Assembly: GCA_963676915.2 (NCBI GenBank)
Contig: CAXXVK010000035.1
Coordinates: 64,001-128,000, forward strand
Direction: 5' to 3'
From: Myxococcota bacterium
GTDB taxonomy: Bacteria > Myxococcota_A > SURF-8 > G963663525
DNA length: 64,000 bases
The position numbers were made by a program, and so were the translations under genes. Below are positions 50,611 through 61,139 of the stretch, one piece after another; position 1 is the stretch's first letter, and the number at the start of each line of letters is the position of its first letter. The notes beneath the pieces were generated by a model. The model saw only the letters and a program-made list of their open reading frames with translations. It was not told the origin of the DNA and made no database searches.

Positions 50611-52200
50611 TCACCCCCAGTGCCGCACGTTCAATTCCGGGAAAATCGTGTGGCGTTTTTCCAGGGCTTCCAGGAATTCCTCATCGATTTCACCCTCTTG
50701 CAGCATATCGTACAAGCGGTTGAAATTCTCGATGTGATCAAGCGTGCGTTGCCGGGCGTATTCGACCGTCGTTTCGTTGGTCATGATGAACGCCCAGTCG
50801 GAGGCCTGCGCCAGCACGAATTCCCGTCCGGCCTGTTCGACTGCCCGAAGGATCGGGGCTTCATCAAGCCGTGGGTGGTGTGCCAGCTCGTGCATTCGTT
50901 CGGCGAGTTTGTGCAGGTGCGGATAAATCCAATCGTTGGTGGCGTTGCACCATACTTCGGAATAGCCTTTGTCGCCCCAGCTCGATGCCGAAGGCGTGGC
51001 CACCTGGTTGTCCGGGTAGAGGTCGAGATAGTCCGAAGGCGTTGCCAAGGCCAACCCGTCCTGATCGAAGTGAATCTTGCGGATCAGCACGTCCAGCCAA
51101 CGCGGTCCTTCGAACCACCAGTGCCCGAACAGTTCGGCGTCGTAAGGTGCGACTACGATGGGCCTGCGACCGAGGCTGCCTTCGAGCCATTCCACCTGTT
51201 TTTCCCGGTTGAACATGAAATTTCCGGCATGATCGGCGGCTTTTTGTCCGGCCTGATGCCAATCGTAGGGTTCGCACTGGGAAAGATCGCGCCGCCCCGT
51301 GATTTTGTAATACTTGATTCCGGTATTGAGCCGGGTACCGTCGGGATTGATGTACGGAGCGATGTACTCCATCGGCAGATCGAAACCGATGTCCCGGTAG
51401 AATTCGCGATAATCGTAGTCACCGGGATAGCCTTCGGAGGAACTCCAGACCTGTTTCGAGCTTTCCAGATCTCGTGCGAACGCCGCCACGCCGTTGGGGC
51501 AGAGAATCGGAGCGTAGACACCGCGCACGGGACGCGGCTCGGCGTGGTCGATACCGTGGGTATCCACCAGGAAATAGCGGATTCCCGCCTCTTCCAGATA
51601 GCTTTCGACACCGGGAAAATAGCCGCATTCAGGAAGCCAGATTCCTTGGGGTCGAGTGCCGAGATGGCGCTCGTAATCGTCGGCGGCGACGTGAACCTGG
51701 GCGCGGATCGACTCGGGGTGCTCCTTGAACATCGGGAAAAAGGCGTGGGTCGCGCCGCAAGTGATGACTTCCAGCCGTCCTGCCTGCTGAATTTCGCGAA
51801 AGGCGCGAACCAGATCCAGGTCGTAGCGGTCGGCGAAAATGTTCCGGGTATGGACGAACAGATTCCGGTAGGTTTCGGCGGATGCCTCGAAACGCGGATC
51901 TTGGCGACGGGTACGCAGAATTTCCTTTTCGGCCAACTCGATGGATTTGTCCAGATGCTTCAGGTAGCGTTCCTGCAACAACGGATCGGCCAGCATGTTG
52001 AGCAACGGCGGCGTCAGTGACATTGTGATGCGAAACGGCACCTGATCGTCGATCAAACCGTTGTATACGGAAATCAGCGGGATATAGGTTTCGGTGATCG
52101 CTTCGAACAACCAGCGCTCTTCAAGGTGTTCCTCATGTTCGGGATGCCGCACGAAGGGAAGGTGCGCATGGAGCACCAGAGACAGATATCCTTTAGGCAT
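50611..52200 (-). CDS. GH57 family glucan branching enzyme (DUF1957 type)
   Basis: LHAHLPFV, ETYIPL, GIWLPECGY nucleophile, YDAELFGHWWFEG, LAQASDWAF. Confidence 0.94.
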   Translation of the reverse strand: MPKGYLSLVLHAHLPFVRHPEHEEHLEERWLFEAITETYIPLISVYNGLIDDQVPFRITMSLTPPLLNMLADPLLQERYLKHLDKSIELAEKEILRTRRQDPRFEASAETYRNLFVHTRNIFADRYDLDLVRAFREIQQAGRLEVITCGATHAFFPMFKEHPESIRAQVHVAADDYERHLGTRPQGIWLPECGYFPGVESYLEEAGIRYFLVDTHGIDHAEPRPVRGVYAPILCPNGVAAFARDLESSKQVWSSSEGYPGDYDYREFYRDIGFDLPMEYIAPYINPDGTRLNTGIKYYKITGRRDLSQCEPYDWHQAGQKAADHAGNFMFNREKQVEWLEGSLGRRPIVVAPYDAELFGHWWFEGPRWLDVLIRKIHFDQDGLALATPSDYLDLYPDNQVATPSASSWGDKGYSEVWCNATNDWIYPHLHKLAERMHELAHHPRLDEAPILRAVEQAGREFVLAQASDWAFIMTNETTVEYARQRTLDHIENFNRLYDMLQEGEIDEEFLEALEKRHTIFPELNVRHWG

Positions 52201-52819
52201 GTTCGTCTCCCTTGCTGTCGAGTCCTGCGCCGGAGTTCATGTGTCGTTTCAACAGGTTGGCCGAAGAAAGGCCGGTTTCGTACCCACATCGGACATCCTC
52301 TCGCCGCTCGATTCGCGCCACTTCCCAGGGGGAACGGACCGGGGCGTCGGAAGGCTCCGAAATCGCCGGGGGACGCTCGTTGCCGAAAAGTTGCACGAAC
52401 AGTTCCGAAGGCGCTTCAGAAGAAATTTCCGATTCCAGCTGCGGACTTGGGGCCAGTCCCCGTTCTTCTTCCTGTCGGGCGTACACCGTTTCGGTGTGCA
52501 AGGAAGGCTGATTGCGAGGTGTTTGGGCTACCGCTGTTTCGATAAGAACCCGGTCCTCGCCGTTTTCCGGTACGGCAACAAGCAACTGATAGTCGCGATC
52601 CGCGATAACTCCTGAGAAATAATAGCTTTTCGTTTCCGGATCGATCTCGATACGGCGAACGATCTTCCCTCCCGAACGAAGCATCAACACCACAGGACGC
52701 ATTGAAGTCGCCGTGATTCGCTGCCAGGTTTCGGTATCGAAATCCCAATAACCGAACAGGCGATCGGGACTCAATGCAAAGAGGTAACCTCGGTTTTCAT
52801 TGTAGCTGAACGGAAGCAT
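52193..52819 (-). CDS. DUF4912-like protein
   Basis: LP.SY.ENR..L....P..LFGYWD, SYYF, QTPRNQP; overlaps GH57 start, a common pairing. Confidence 0.75.
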   Translation of the reverse strand: MLPFSYNENRGYLFALSPDRLFGYWDFDTETWQRITATSMRPVVLMLRSGGKIVRRIEIDPETKSYYFSGVIADRDYQLLVAVPENGEDRVLIETAVAQTPRNQPSLHTETVYARQEEERGLAPSPQLESEISSEAPSELFVQLFGNERPPAISEPSDAPVRSPWEVARIERREDVRCGYETGLSSANLLKRHMNSGAGLDSKGDEHA

Positions 52820-53114
52820 GATTTTCGATCCTTTGGTTCTCGCATCCGGTGTCTAAGCAATGATAAGTCTTTTCGAAAGGTTTTCAAACTCAATGTTTTT
52901 CTTTGAAATCCAAGAATAGTGGAGAAAACGCGAGAAAACACTCCGAGAGGTGTCACGTATCAACACAACGGACTGTTGTCAACTCCTAAAAGTATTATTT
53001 GTGTCAAACTTTTGTTGGCATACGGTTTTATCGGGATTCGAGGTAACGTTGGTAACAGGCTGAAGAATTTGTATAAATCCGACATTTTCAAAAACCGCGC
53101 GTTTTTAGAAATTA

Positions 53115-53138
53115 GTAGGTCGGGTGAATTTCACCCGA
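53115..53138 (+). repeat. Single REP, family A
   Basis: GTAGGTCGGGTGAATTTCACCCGA. Confidence 0.85.
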
Positions 53139-53243
53139 AATTACCAGGAGATGGAACAGGACCAACCTTGTTCCATCGTAAAACTTCATGCGGCGTGGAT
53201 AAACCCCGGACGCCTCACCCCCCGTTAAAATTGTAGATTCACG

Positions 53244-54083
53244 TCAGTAGTTCCGCCCCGCGTATCGTTTGGCCTGCTGAAACGTTTCGAGATCCTGCTC
53301 CTTTTTCAGCAGGACACCGACGAAAGGCATGGCTTTTTCAATTTCCTTGGCCGAAATTCCGGCACGCATCAGGACGCCGATCCAATCGACCAACTCGGAT
53401 GTCGAAGGCTTTTTGCGGAACTGCTCGATGCTGCGCAGCCAGTAGAACTTGCTAAGACATCGACGTAACAGGTCTTTTTTGATATCCGGGTAATGCACGT
53501 AGACGATGCGTTCCATCAGGTTTTCGTCGGGAAAATCGATGAAATGAAAAACGCAGCGCCGCAGGAAAGGATCGGGAAGTTCTTTTTCCGAATTCGAGGT
53601 GATGATGATCACCGGCCGATGTTTTGCCGTGATTTTGTCGCCGGTTTCCACGACTTCGAAGCTCATTTCGTCCAGCTCGGCGAGAAGGTCGTTGGGAAAC
53701 TCCAGGTCGGCTTTGTCGATTTCGTCGATCAGCACCACGGCGCGTTCTTCGGACAAAAACGCCTGTCCGAGCGGTCCGAAACGGATGTACTGCCGAATGT
53801 CGGAGACATCTTTGTCACCGAAGCGGGAATCGTTGAGGCGCTGGACGGTATCGTACACATACAGGCCGTCCACGGCTTTCGATGTGGATTTCACCTGCCA
53901 CTTGTACAGCGGCATATCGAGCGCTCGGGCGATGTTTTCGGCCAGCAGCGTTTTCCCGGTACCGGGCTCGCCTTTGATCAACAAGGGACGCTCCAGCGCG
54001 ATCGAGACGTTTACGGCGTCTTTCAACTCGTCGGAAGCGATATACTGATTCGTGCCTTGAAAACGATGAAAACCGTCCTTCAT
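53244..54083 (-). CDS. MoxR family AAA+ ATPase (CoxD-like)
   Basis: KGEPGTGKT Walker A, LIDEIDKAD Walker B, TSNSEKELPDPFLRRC, KKPSTSEL. Confidence 0.93.
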   Translation of the reverse strand: MKDGFHRFQGTNQYIASDELKDAVNVSIALERPLLIKGEPGTGKTLLAENIARALDMPLYKWQVKSTSKAVDGLYVYDTVQRLNDSRFGDKDVSDIRQYIRFGPLGQAFLSEERAVVLIDEIDKADLEFPNDLLAELDEMSFEVVETGDKITAKHRPVIIITSNSEKELPDPFLRRCVFHFIDFPDENLMERIVYVHYPDIKKDLLRRCLSKFYWLRSIEQFRKKPSTSELVDWIGVLMRAGISAKEIEKAMPFVGVLLKKEQDLETFQQAKRYAGRNY

Positions 54084-54229
54084 ATTCCTACCTTTGCAAA
54101 GGAAATTCTGTTGGCGATGGCAGAAAAATGCCTCATCCATAAGTTATTGAAAGAATAGGGATGGATTCGCGAAAGTCAAATGACAGAGCAGAACAGAAAC
54201 CCACTCCCAGCAAAGCTCGCTCGGATGCT

Positions 54230-54411
54230 TAACCCGGAAAATTCATGAAAAAACTGCTGCGACGTGAAAATCCTCGATCTTTCACTCGTTTCACAATTTT
54301 TTATACTCAACATACTGTCAAGTATGTTTCCGTTAAAAAATCGTTCCAACTTCGCGAAATATCATCGGTTTTCAGCGTCTCGCGACGATTTCTCATGAAT
54401 TTTCCAGGTTA
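54230..54411 (+). mobile_element. ~181-bp fold-back repeat (MITE/ERIC-like), copy 3
   Basis: TAACCCGGAAAATTCATGA...TCATGAATTTTCCAGGTTA termini; interior aligns with copy 2. Confidence 0.82.
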
Positions 54412-54531
54412 AAAAATCGCCTTGTCTTTTCCCACCTTGAAGTTGTTTCATGAACCGGTTTTATGGTAGCGTTCCTTGCCGATTACAAAGGGTGTAAAAT
54501 TTCACCGGAACGACAGCAAAGGACCGCCCCC

Positions 54532-55182
54532 ATGACACCGGAACTGAAAGTCGCCGTCATCGATATGGACGAAACGCTGATTTCCTCGAAAGAGTTCATC
54601 GTGGAATTTCTGAAGGGGGCTTTCGCCTACCTGGATCGGCCATTTCCTTCGGAAGTCGAGGACCGCGCCTTTTCGATGGACGAACGAACGTTTATCAAGA
54701 CCTATTTCAACGATCCCGTTGAGATGGCCAAGTTGCTGGAATACAAGGCGAAAGTCATGGACGAGCGAGGCTGGGTGCGTTTCCCGAAAAAGCCGGGAGC
54801 CGACGAGTTTCTTGAACGCGCTGCATCCCACTGGAGCCTTGCATTGGCAACCAATCGCGCCGAATCCTCCGAAAGCGTGCTTGAAGCCTACGGCTGGGAC
54901 CAATACTTCGATCTCGTCCTGCACGCCGAGAATTTTACCTACACCAAACCCGACCGGAGGGTTATCGGTCACATCATGGAAACTCTTGGAGCAACCCCGG
55001 ACGAAACGGTGATGGTCGGGGACTCTCCTTTCGACGCCGAGGCCGCGAAAAACGCGGGAGTGCTGTCGATTCTCGTGGGTGACGACGATTCGGGCGATTT
55101 TCAGGTTTCCAGCCTCTTGGAAGCTCTGAAACTTTTGGAAAACTGGACCGAGACGTGGAAAACCGGCCGGGAGAAACGGTGA
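54532..55182 (+). CDS. HAD-family hydrolase (phosphoglycolate phosphatase-like)
   Basis: IDMDETL motif I, LATN motif II, KPD, MVGDSPFD..AAKNAG. Confidence 0.9.
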   Translation: MTPELKVAVIDMDETLISSKEFIVEFLKGAFAYLDRPFPSEVEDRAFSMDERTFIKTYFNDPVEMAKLLEYKAKVMDERGWVRFPKKPGADEFLERAASHWSLALATNRAESSESVLEAYGWDQYFDLVLHAENFTYTKPDRRVIGHIMETLGATPDETVMVGDSPFDAEAAKNAGVLSILVGDDDSGDFQVSSLLEALKLLENWTETWKTGREKR

Positions 55183-55186
55183 CGCC

Positions 55187-57853
55187 ATGGGTTTTTTAGG
55201 AAAGCTGTTTCCTCCAAGCACGTCGGCGCTGATCGATCGCATCAACAGCCTGGAAGCCTCGATGCAGGCGAAATCCGATCGCGAACTTGCCGAATTGACA
55301 CCGCTTTTCAAGAAACGCAGAGAAGCCGGAGAATCGCGCCTCGATCTGCTACCCGAAGCTTTCGCCGCCGTACGCGAAGCTGCCCGACGAACGCTCGGGA
55401 TGCGACCGTTCGACGTTCAATTGCAGGGCGGTATCGAACTGGCGCAAGGGCGCGTTGCCGAAATGAAGACCGGTGAAGGTAAAACGCTGGTCGCGACCCT
55501 GCCGGTGTATCTTTTCGCGCTGGACGGATTGGGTGTCCACGTCGTGACGGTCAACGACTACCTAGCCCGTCGCGATGCCGAATGGATGGGACAAGTCTAT
55601 GATTTCATGGGACTTTCCACCGGATGTATTCAGGAAGATATGGGTGACGACGAGGAAACCGATCGTATGGCCAGGCAAGCAGCCTACGCATCGGATATCA
55701 CCTATGCCACCAACAGCGAACTCGTCTTCGACGACCTGCGCGACAACCTCGCCCAAAGTATCGACGAACGTGTACATCGTGGATTTCACGCCGCACTGGT
55801 AGACGAAGCCGACTTGATTCTGCTGGACGAAGCCCAGACCCCATTGATCATTTCCGGGCCGGGAGACGGCGACAACAAACTGTTCGCCCGTGTGGACAAA
55901 GTGCTGAAAAAACTCAAGGAAACCAAGCACTTTGTCGTCGATCGAAAAATCCGGGCGGCGGCGCTGACCGAAGAAGGTTTGCAGCGGGTGGAAGACGCCT
56001 TGGGTGTAGGGGCGTTGGATTCTCCCGACAACCTGCCGTATTTTCACGCGGTTCACCAGTCGTTACAGGCGCATGCCGTGTTTCGCAAGGATGTCGAATA
56101 CATCGTTAGTGAAGGTCAAGTCTTTCTGGTGGACGAGCACACAGGCCGAGTCAGTCCGGACAAGCGTTTTTCCGACGGTCTGCACCAGGCGTTGGAAGCC
56201 AAAGAACGGGTGCCGATTCGCGAGGAAGATCGGACCTACGCCAAAACGTCGTATCAGTATTTTTTCTTGAAATACAAGCACTTATGCGGCATGACCGGCA
56301 CCGCCTGGGGTGATCGGGAAGAGTTGCGTAAAATCTACAATCTGCGTGTCAAACGGATCGAGCCCCACAGGCCGATGATCCGCACGGATTACCAATGGGT
56401 CGTTTTTCGCAACAAAGCCGAAAAATTCGATGCCGTGGCCGACGAGATCGAGGATATGCGCGAGATGGGCCGCCCGGTGCTCGTCGGTACGACCCATGTA
56501 GAAGAATCCGAGCAGCTCAGCGCCGTTCTCAAGCGACGCGGGATGAAACATGCGGTGCTCAACGCCAAGTATCACGACCGGGAGGCCGATATCATCGCCC
56601 AGGCCGGACGCCGTGACTCCGTGACGATTTCGACCAATATGGCCGGACGCGGTACCGATATTTTACTGGGCGGAGATCCTAAACGCCTTGCGGCGGACGA
56701 GGCCGAAATCGGTTCGGAAGCCTATGAAATCGCTTACGAAAAATGGAAACGGATCTGCGAGGACGAACACGAGGAAGTGGTCAAGGCCGGAGGGTTGCAC
56801 GTCATCGGCACCGGAGAGCACGAAGCACAGCGCATCGATGAACAGTTGCGAGGTCGTGCAGGCCGTCAGGGCGACCCCGGCTCGTCGATGTTCATCGTCT
56901 CGATTTCGGACGATGTATACCGGCGCTTCGGAGAATGGCACGACGAAAAAAGCAAACTTCCCTCGGCCTATCAACGCATTGCGGAAATGATCGAAAACCT
57001 GCCGCGAGGCGAGGCGATTGAAATCCCGCACGTATCGAGAATTCTTAACGATTTACGAAAGAAAGTCGAAGCGGAAAACCGGGCGATCCGCTTGGAAGTG
57101 TTTAAATACGACGGCGTGATCAACGAGATGCGCAACCGCTTGTACGATCTTCGGCGAAAGATCATGGAGACGCCGGACGCCGAGAGCTGGCGGACAACGG
57201 TTCCCGATATCCTGGAACCTCTGTTCGATGCCATGAAGCGCCAGGTCAAACAGGCCACCGAAAAAGGAGACCCGCCGGGTGGGTTGTGGTCCGCCGCCGT
57301 ACACGAACGTCTGGGTCGAATGGTGTTCGACGAAACGGAAGTTGCGCCGAAGAGTTTCGACGAGGCGAAAAACTACCTGATCGAAAGCTTTGAGAAACGT
57401 TACATTGGAGAAATAGACGAAGATCTCGCCCAGTGGGAACGCGGTGTGCTGCTGGAATCGCTCGATTCTTTATGGGCGCAGTGCTTGAGCGAACTGGAGC
57501 GCATCGAAGAGGGTATCGGTCTGCGATCGTATGCCGAACTCAATCCGCTGGTGGAATTCCGCAAAGAAGCCGGGCATGTGATGAACCGCTTCATGCTCGA
57601 CGCTCTGGACCACGCCTTCCGTCTGTGGCTGAGTCTCGATGTGAAAACCTCCGATCTGTCCGCCACGTCCGTCTCGGGCGGATTGTCTCTGGACGATCTT
57701 CGTGCGGGTCTCAAAGGCACAGGGGACGATGCCATTGACCGGCGCTTGTCACGAGCGCAGCGGCGCGTTTTGAAAAAAGCCTTGCGAAAAAAGGGAAAGG
57801 GTGGAAAAAAACGCCCCAATCGACCCAAAAACCGACGAAAACGCAAAGGATGA
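55187..57853 (+). CDS. secA: Preprotein translocase SecA family ATPase, divergent (SecA2-like)
   Basis: AEMKTGEGKT, VTVNDYLARRD, DEAD...TPLIISG, GLHQALEAKE, GMTGTA, TNMAGRGTDI, QLRGRAGRQGDPG; no C-terminal Cys metal-binding motif. Confidence 0.92.
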   Translation: MGFLGKLFPPSTSALIDRINSLEASMQAKSDRELAELTPLFKKRREAGESRLDLLPEAFAAVREAARRTLGMRPFDVQLQGGIELAQGRVAEMKTGEGKTLVATLPVYLFALDGLGVHVVTVNDYLARRDAEWMGQVYDFMGLSTGCIQEDMGDDEETDRMARQAAYASDITYATNSELVFDDLRDNLAQSIDERVHRGFHAALVDEADLILLDEAQTPLIISGPGDGDNKLFARVDKVLKKLKETKHFVVDRKIRAAALTEEGLQRVEDALGVGALDSPDNLPYFHAVHQSLQAHAVFRKDVEYIVSEGQVFLVDEHTGRVSPDKRFSDGLHQALEAKERVPIREEDRTYAKTSYQYFFLKYKHLCGMTGTAWGDREELRKIYNLRVKRIEPHRPMIRTDYQWVVFRNKAEKFDAVADEIEDMREMGRPVLVGTTHVEESEQLSAVLKRRGMKHAVLNAKYHDREADIIAQAGRRDSVTISTNMAGRGTDILLGGDPKRLAADEAEIGSEAYEIAYEKWKRICEDEHEEVVKAGGLHVIGTGEHEAQRIDEQLRGRAGRQGDPGSSMFIVSISDDVYRRFGEWHDEKSKLPSAYQRIAEMIENLPRGEAIEIPHVSRILNDLRKKVEAENRAIRLEVFKYDGVINEMRNRLYDLRRKIMETPDAESWRTTVPDILEPLFDAMKRQVKQATEKGDPPGGLWSAAVHERLGRMVFDETEVAPKSFDEAKNYLIESFEKRYIGEIDEDLAQWERGVLLESLDSLWAQCLSELERIEEGIGLRSYAELNPLVEFRKEAGHVMNRFMLDALDHAFRLWLSLDVKTSDLSATSVSGGLSLDDLRAGLKGTGDDAIDRRLSRAQRRVLKKALRKKGKGGKKRPNRPKNRRKRKG

Positions 57854-57862
57854 TGAATTTTA

Positions 57863-57999
57863 GTAGGTCGGGCAAATTTCTTGCCCGACAATATTATGGT
57901 GTTTAGAAAATTTGTCCGTTGCACATGTAGGTCGGGTGATTTTCACCCGACACAAGGTTCCGTATTCGAAAATTGTCGGGTGAAAATCACCCGATCTAC
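57863..57999. repeat. REP cluster: one family B unit plus a family A doublet
   Basis: 57863-57889 GTAGGTCGGGCAAATTTCTTGCCCGAC; 57927-57951 GTAGGTCGGGTGATTTTCACCCGAC; 57975-57999 inverted partner. Confidence 0.9.
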
Positions 58000-58033
58000 T
58001 ACTACACTATCGAACTCTTTGCCGGGGGAGTAG

Positions 58034-60326
58034 ATGCTTTCGAATTACATCCGTTTCGTCACGACCCATAAACGCCTCGTTCTGGTGTTGCTTGGATTGG
58101 TGACGCTGCTGGCTGTATTCAGCATCTCCCGTGGGGTGATCGCCTCGTCCATGGGGCAGATGTTTTTAGGCGAGCATCCCGGATACCCGGTGTATCAGGA
58201 ACGCATCCGGCAGTTTGTCAGCGATGAAGTGATTCTCGTAGCTTTCGAACACCCCGACCCTTTGTCCGAGAAAAACCTGCAAAAACTTCGTGAAACCGAA
58301 CGGAATCATTGAAGAGTTAGAAGAAGTACAGAGGGTGGACAGCCTGCTCGACGCCCAACGAATCTGGATGGAAGACGGCTCGTTGCAGGTCGAAAAATAC
58401 GCCGACGCCGCCGAGAAATCCCCCGAAGAACGAAGCCAATGGCTCGAAGAACTCCGTACCGATCCCTTGGCCAAAGGATTGGTGATCAGCTCGGACGGCA
58501 GGCATTCGGCGTTGATCGTCGAGCTGGTTCCCGATCCGTTGCGAGCGGCCGAACGCGGCCCCGAAATCGCCGAGTTCGTGCGGGAAACCTTGCGTCAAAA
58601 CGGTTTCAAACGTGACAAACAACACATGGTCGGGTTGGTTGCCTCCGTTTCCGAGGTGATGGTACAGACGAACAAAAACATCTACGAGATTTTCCCCATC
58701 GTCTGCGCCGTGTTGCTAGCGACGGTTTTTTTGCTGTTTCGGGCTTTCTGGCCGGTGGCGATTACGTTCGTCGTGTCGTTCGTTTCGGTGATCTGGACAT
58801 TCGGCTTCGCCATTCTGCTCGACCGACAGGTCAGCATTTTAACGGCCATGGTCCCGGCGGTCATGCTGATCGTCGCCACGTCCGACGTGATCCACCTATG
58901 CAGCGCTTACCTGCTGGAGTTGGGACGGTGGGCGCACGAAAAACGATGCCGTGTTGCAAAGCGGTTCCGAAGTGGGGGCCGCCTGCCTGCTGACCTCGTT
59001 GACCACCTTCATCGGCTTTCTTTCGCTTTCGTTCGTGCCGACACCCATTTTTCGGCAACTGGGACTGGTTCTCGGATTCGGTGTGGGTATGGCGCTGTTT
59101 CTGGCGGTTACCCTCACACCGATCCTTCTGACGCTCCTGCCCGAACCGAAGGGCTGGCAAAAAGGCCGCCATACCGTTCAGGATTTGCTTGGCCGATGGC
59201 TGAAACTGGCGCAATGGCTGGCTTTACGTCATCCTCGTTCAGTGATTGTTTTTTTGCCGCCGTGATCGCTCTGGCCGTTGCTGGATCGCTTCAACTGGAG
59301 ATCGAAACCGACCTGTCTAAGCGAATGGGAGAAGACAATCGTTTGCGCCAGGATGAACGCTATTACTCTGCGCATTTCGCCGGGTCGAACTTCCTCGATG
59401 TCTTTGTGGAATCTCCAAAATCCAAGGGTCTCCTCGATACCGATACCTTTCGGAAAATCGTGGAATTTCAAGAGGATATCGAAGACTTGCCCCGAAGTCG
59501 AACAGGTTTTCTCGCTGGTCGATCTGATGGAGCGCATCGACCTTCGATTGAACCCGGACGCACCTCCTCGACCTTCCGACGGCTGGAGCCGTCCGCTTGT
59601 TGTCGCAATACCTTCTTTTGTTCGAAATGGCGGGAGGCGAAGACCTGGGAACGCCTGATCGATCCCGAAAAAAAGACCCTGCGTCTGGCGGCACGGTTGA
59701 GCGGTACGGCGTTTCGATCCACCTACACCACCGGTGAAACCATTCGTGCTTTGGGAAAAGAGCGTTTCGGGAACGGAGTACAAGCCGAACCCAACGGTAT
59801 CGTCTACCTGATGGGGTAACTGGCTGGACGAAATCATTGCAGGTCAGCGCGATGGCCTTACCTTCGCCTTGCTGGCCATTGCCGTAATGATGGTCGTCGG
59901 CCTGCGCTCGTTTCGTGCGGGGTCTGTGGTCGATGCTTCCCAATGTCGTACCGTTGGTGATTCTTGGCGGATTACTGGGTTGGTTCTGGGACAAGGTGGA
60001 TTCCGACACGATGTCGGTGGGGATGATCGCCATCGGTATCGGACGTGGACGATACGATCCATTTCCTGATGCGCTTCCGGCTGGAATCTCTCAAAGGTAT
60101 CGGTAAAACGGAAGCACTCGAACGAACGTTCGATTTCAGCGGACGGGCTATTGTTATCACCACCGTGATTCTGGGACTGGGCTTCGCACCGTTCGCTTTT
60201 AGTGAATACTACTCTATCTGGATGATGGGAACCCTCCTTCCCATGACCCTGTTTGCCGCTCTCGCCGCCGATTTGCTATTGGTTCCGGCACTGGCACAGG
60301 TAGGTTGGCTCAGGTTTTGGAAATAA
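58034..60326 (+). pseudogene. MMPL/RND family transporter, multiply frameshifted
   Basis: Fragments give SDVIHL, ACLLTSLTTFIGFLSL..PIFRQLG, PNVVPL, IAIGI..DDTIHFL, SGRAIVITT..LGFA; about 8 frame switches. Confidence 0.85.
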
Positions 60327-60428
60327 AGTTTTAACGAGATGAAATGACGAAAATCCTCGAAAACACACCATCATTGATCTTTCATGCGTGGGCAGTGTAA
60401 AGTCGTTGGTGTGATTACTGCTTTTACG

Positions 60429-61131
60429 ATGCATCAAAAAATGCCTGAGTTTCAATCCATTTTGCGTCCATTTGTAGCTGTGGTTTTGTGCCTGCTGATT
60501 TTTGCGAATGGCTGCGCCCATCGGTCCGGCTCGGTGTCCCGGCAGAAATCCTTGAAAAGCGGGGATGTGTTCGAGGGCAACTGCTCGTGGTACGGGAAAA
60601 AATTTCACGGGCGACTGACCGCCAACGGCGAACGTTTCGACATGCACGCCATGACGGCGGCTCACAAGCATCTGCCGTTCAATACCCGACTTCGGGTAAC
60701 CAACCTGGCCAACGGTCGCAGCCTCGTTTTGCGCATCAACGATCGAGGCCCGTTCGTTCCTGGGCGAGTGCTGGATGTCAGCAAAGCCGCTGCGAAGGAA
60801 CTGGGATTTCTCGGCCAGGGGGGTTACGCGCATCCGTGCGGAAATTCTCAATGATTCCCAACCTGTAGCTTCTCCACCCACCGAAACCGTCACCGATTCG
60901 TCCCCCGATGGCAATCTACTGGTCGTCGAGGACTTTTCTAGCAAAATGTGGGCTTTACGCCTGTATCAGGTTCTGGAACCCCGTTTCCCGAAAATGCGAA
61001 TCGAAGAGAAAGACGGTCGTTGGCGGGTCGTGCTTCACAGTTTCAACTCCGAAGAAAGTCGCCAGCGGATTTACAACTCTCTCAAACGAGAGGGGTACCC
61101 CGCCCCGCTTGGAATAATTCCTATCCAGTGA
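60429..61131 (+). pseudogene. rlpA: RlpA-type lytic transglycosylase lipoprotein with C-terminal SPOR-like domain, one frameshift
   Basis: [51 protein letters not shown]; frame switch in a G run near 60820 continues [10 protein letters not shown]. Confidence 0.88.
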
Positions 61132-61139
61132 GGGTCATC

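Noticed and set aside
50284-52020. 578-aa + strand ORF (also 32867..35134, 26668..27999, 45982..47166)
   Set aside because: Antisense to well-supported genes; no independent motifs
53185-53222. GGCGTGGATAAACCCCGGACGCC hairpin as a further REP or IS200/IS605 end
   Set aside because: Single imperfect instance; could simply be a terminator-like hairpin after moxR
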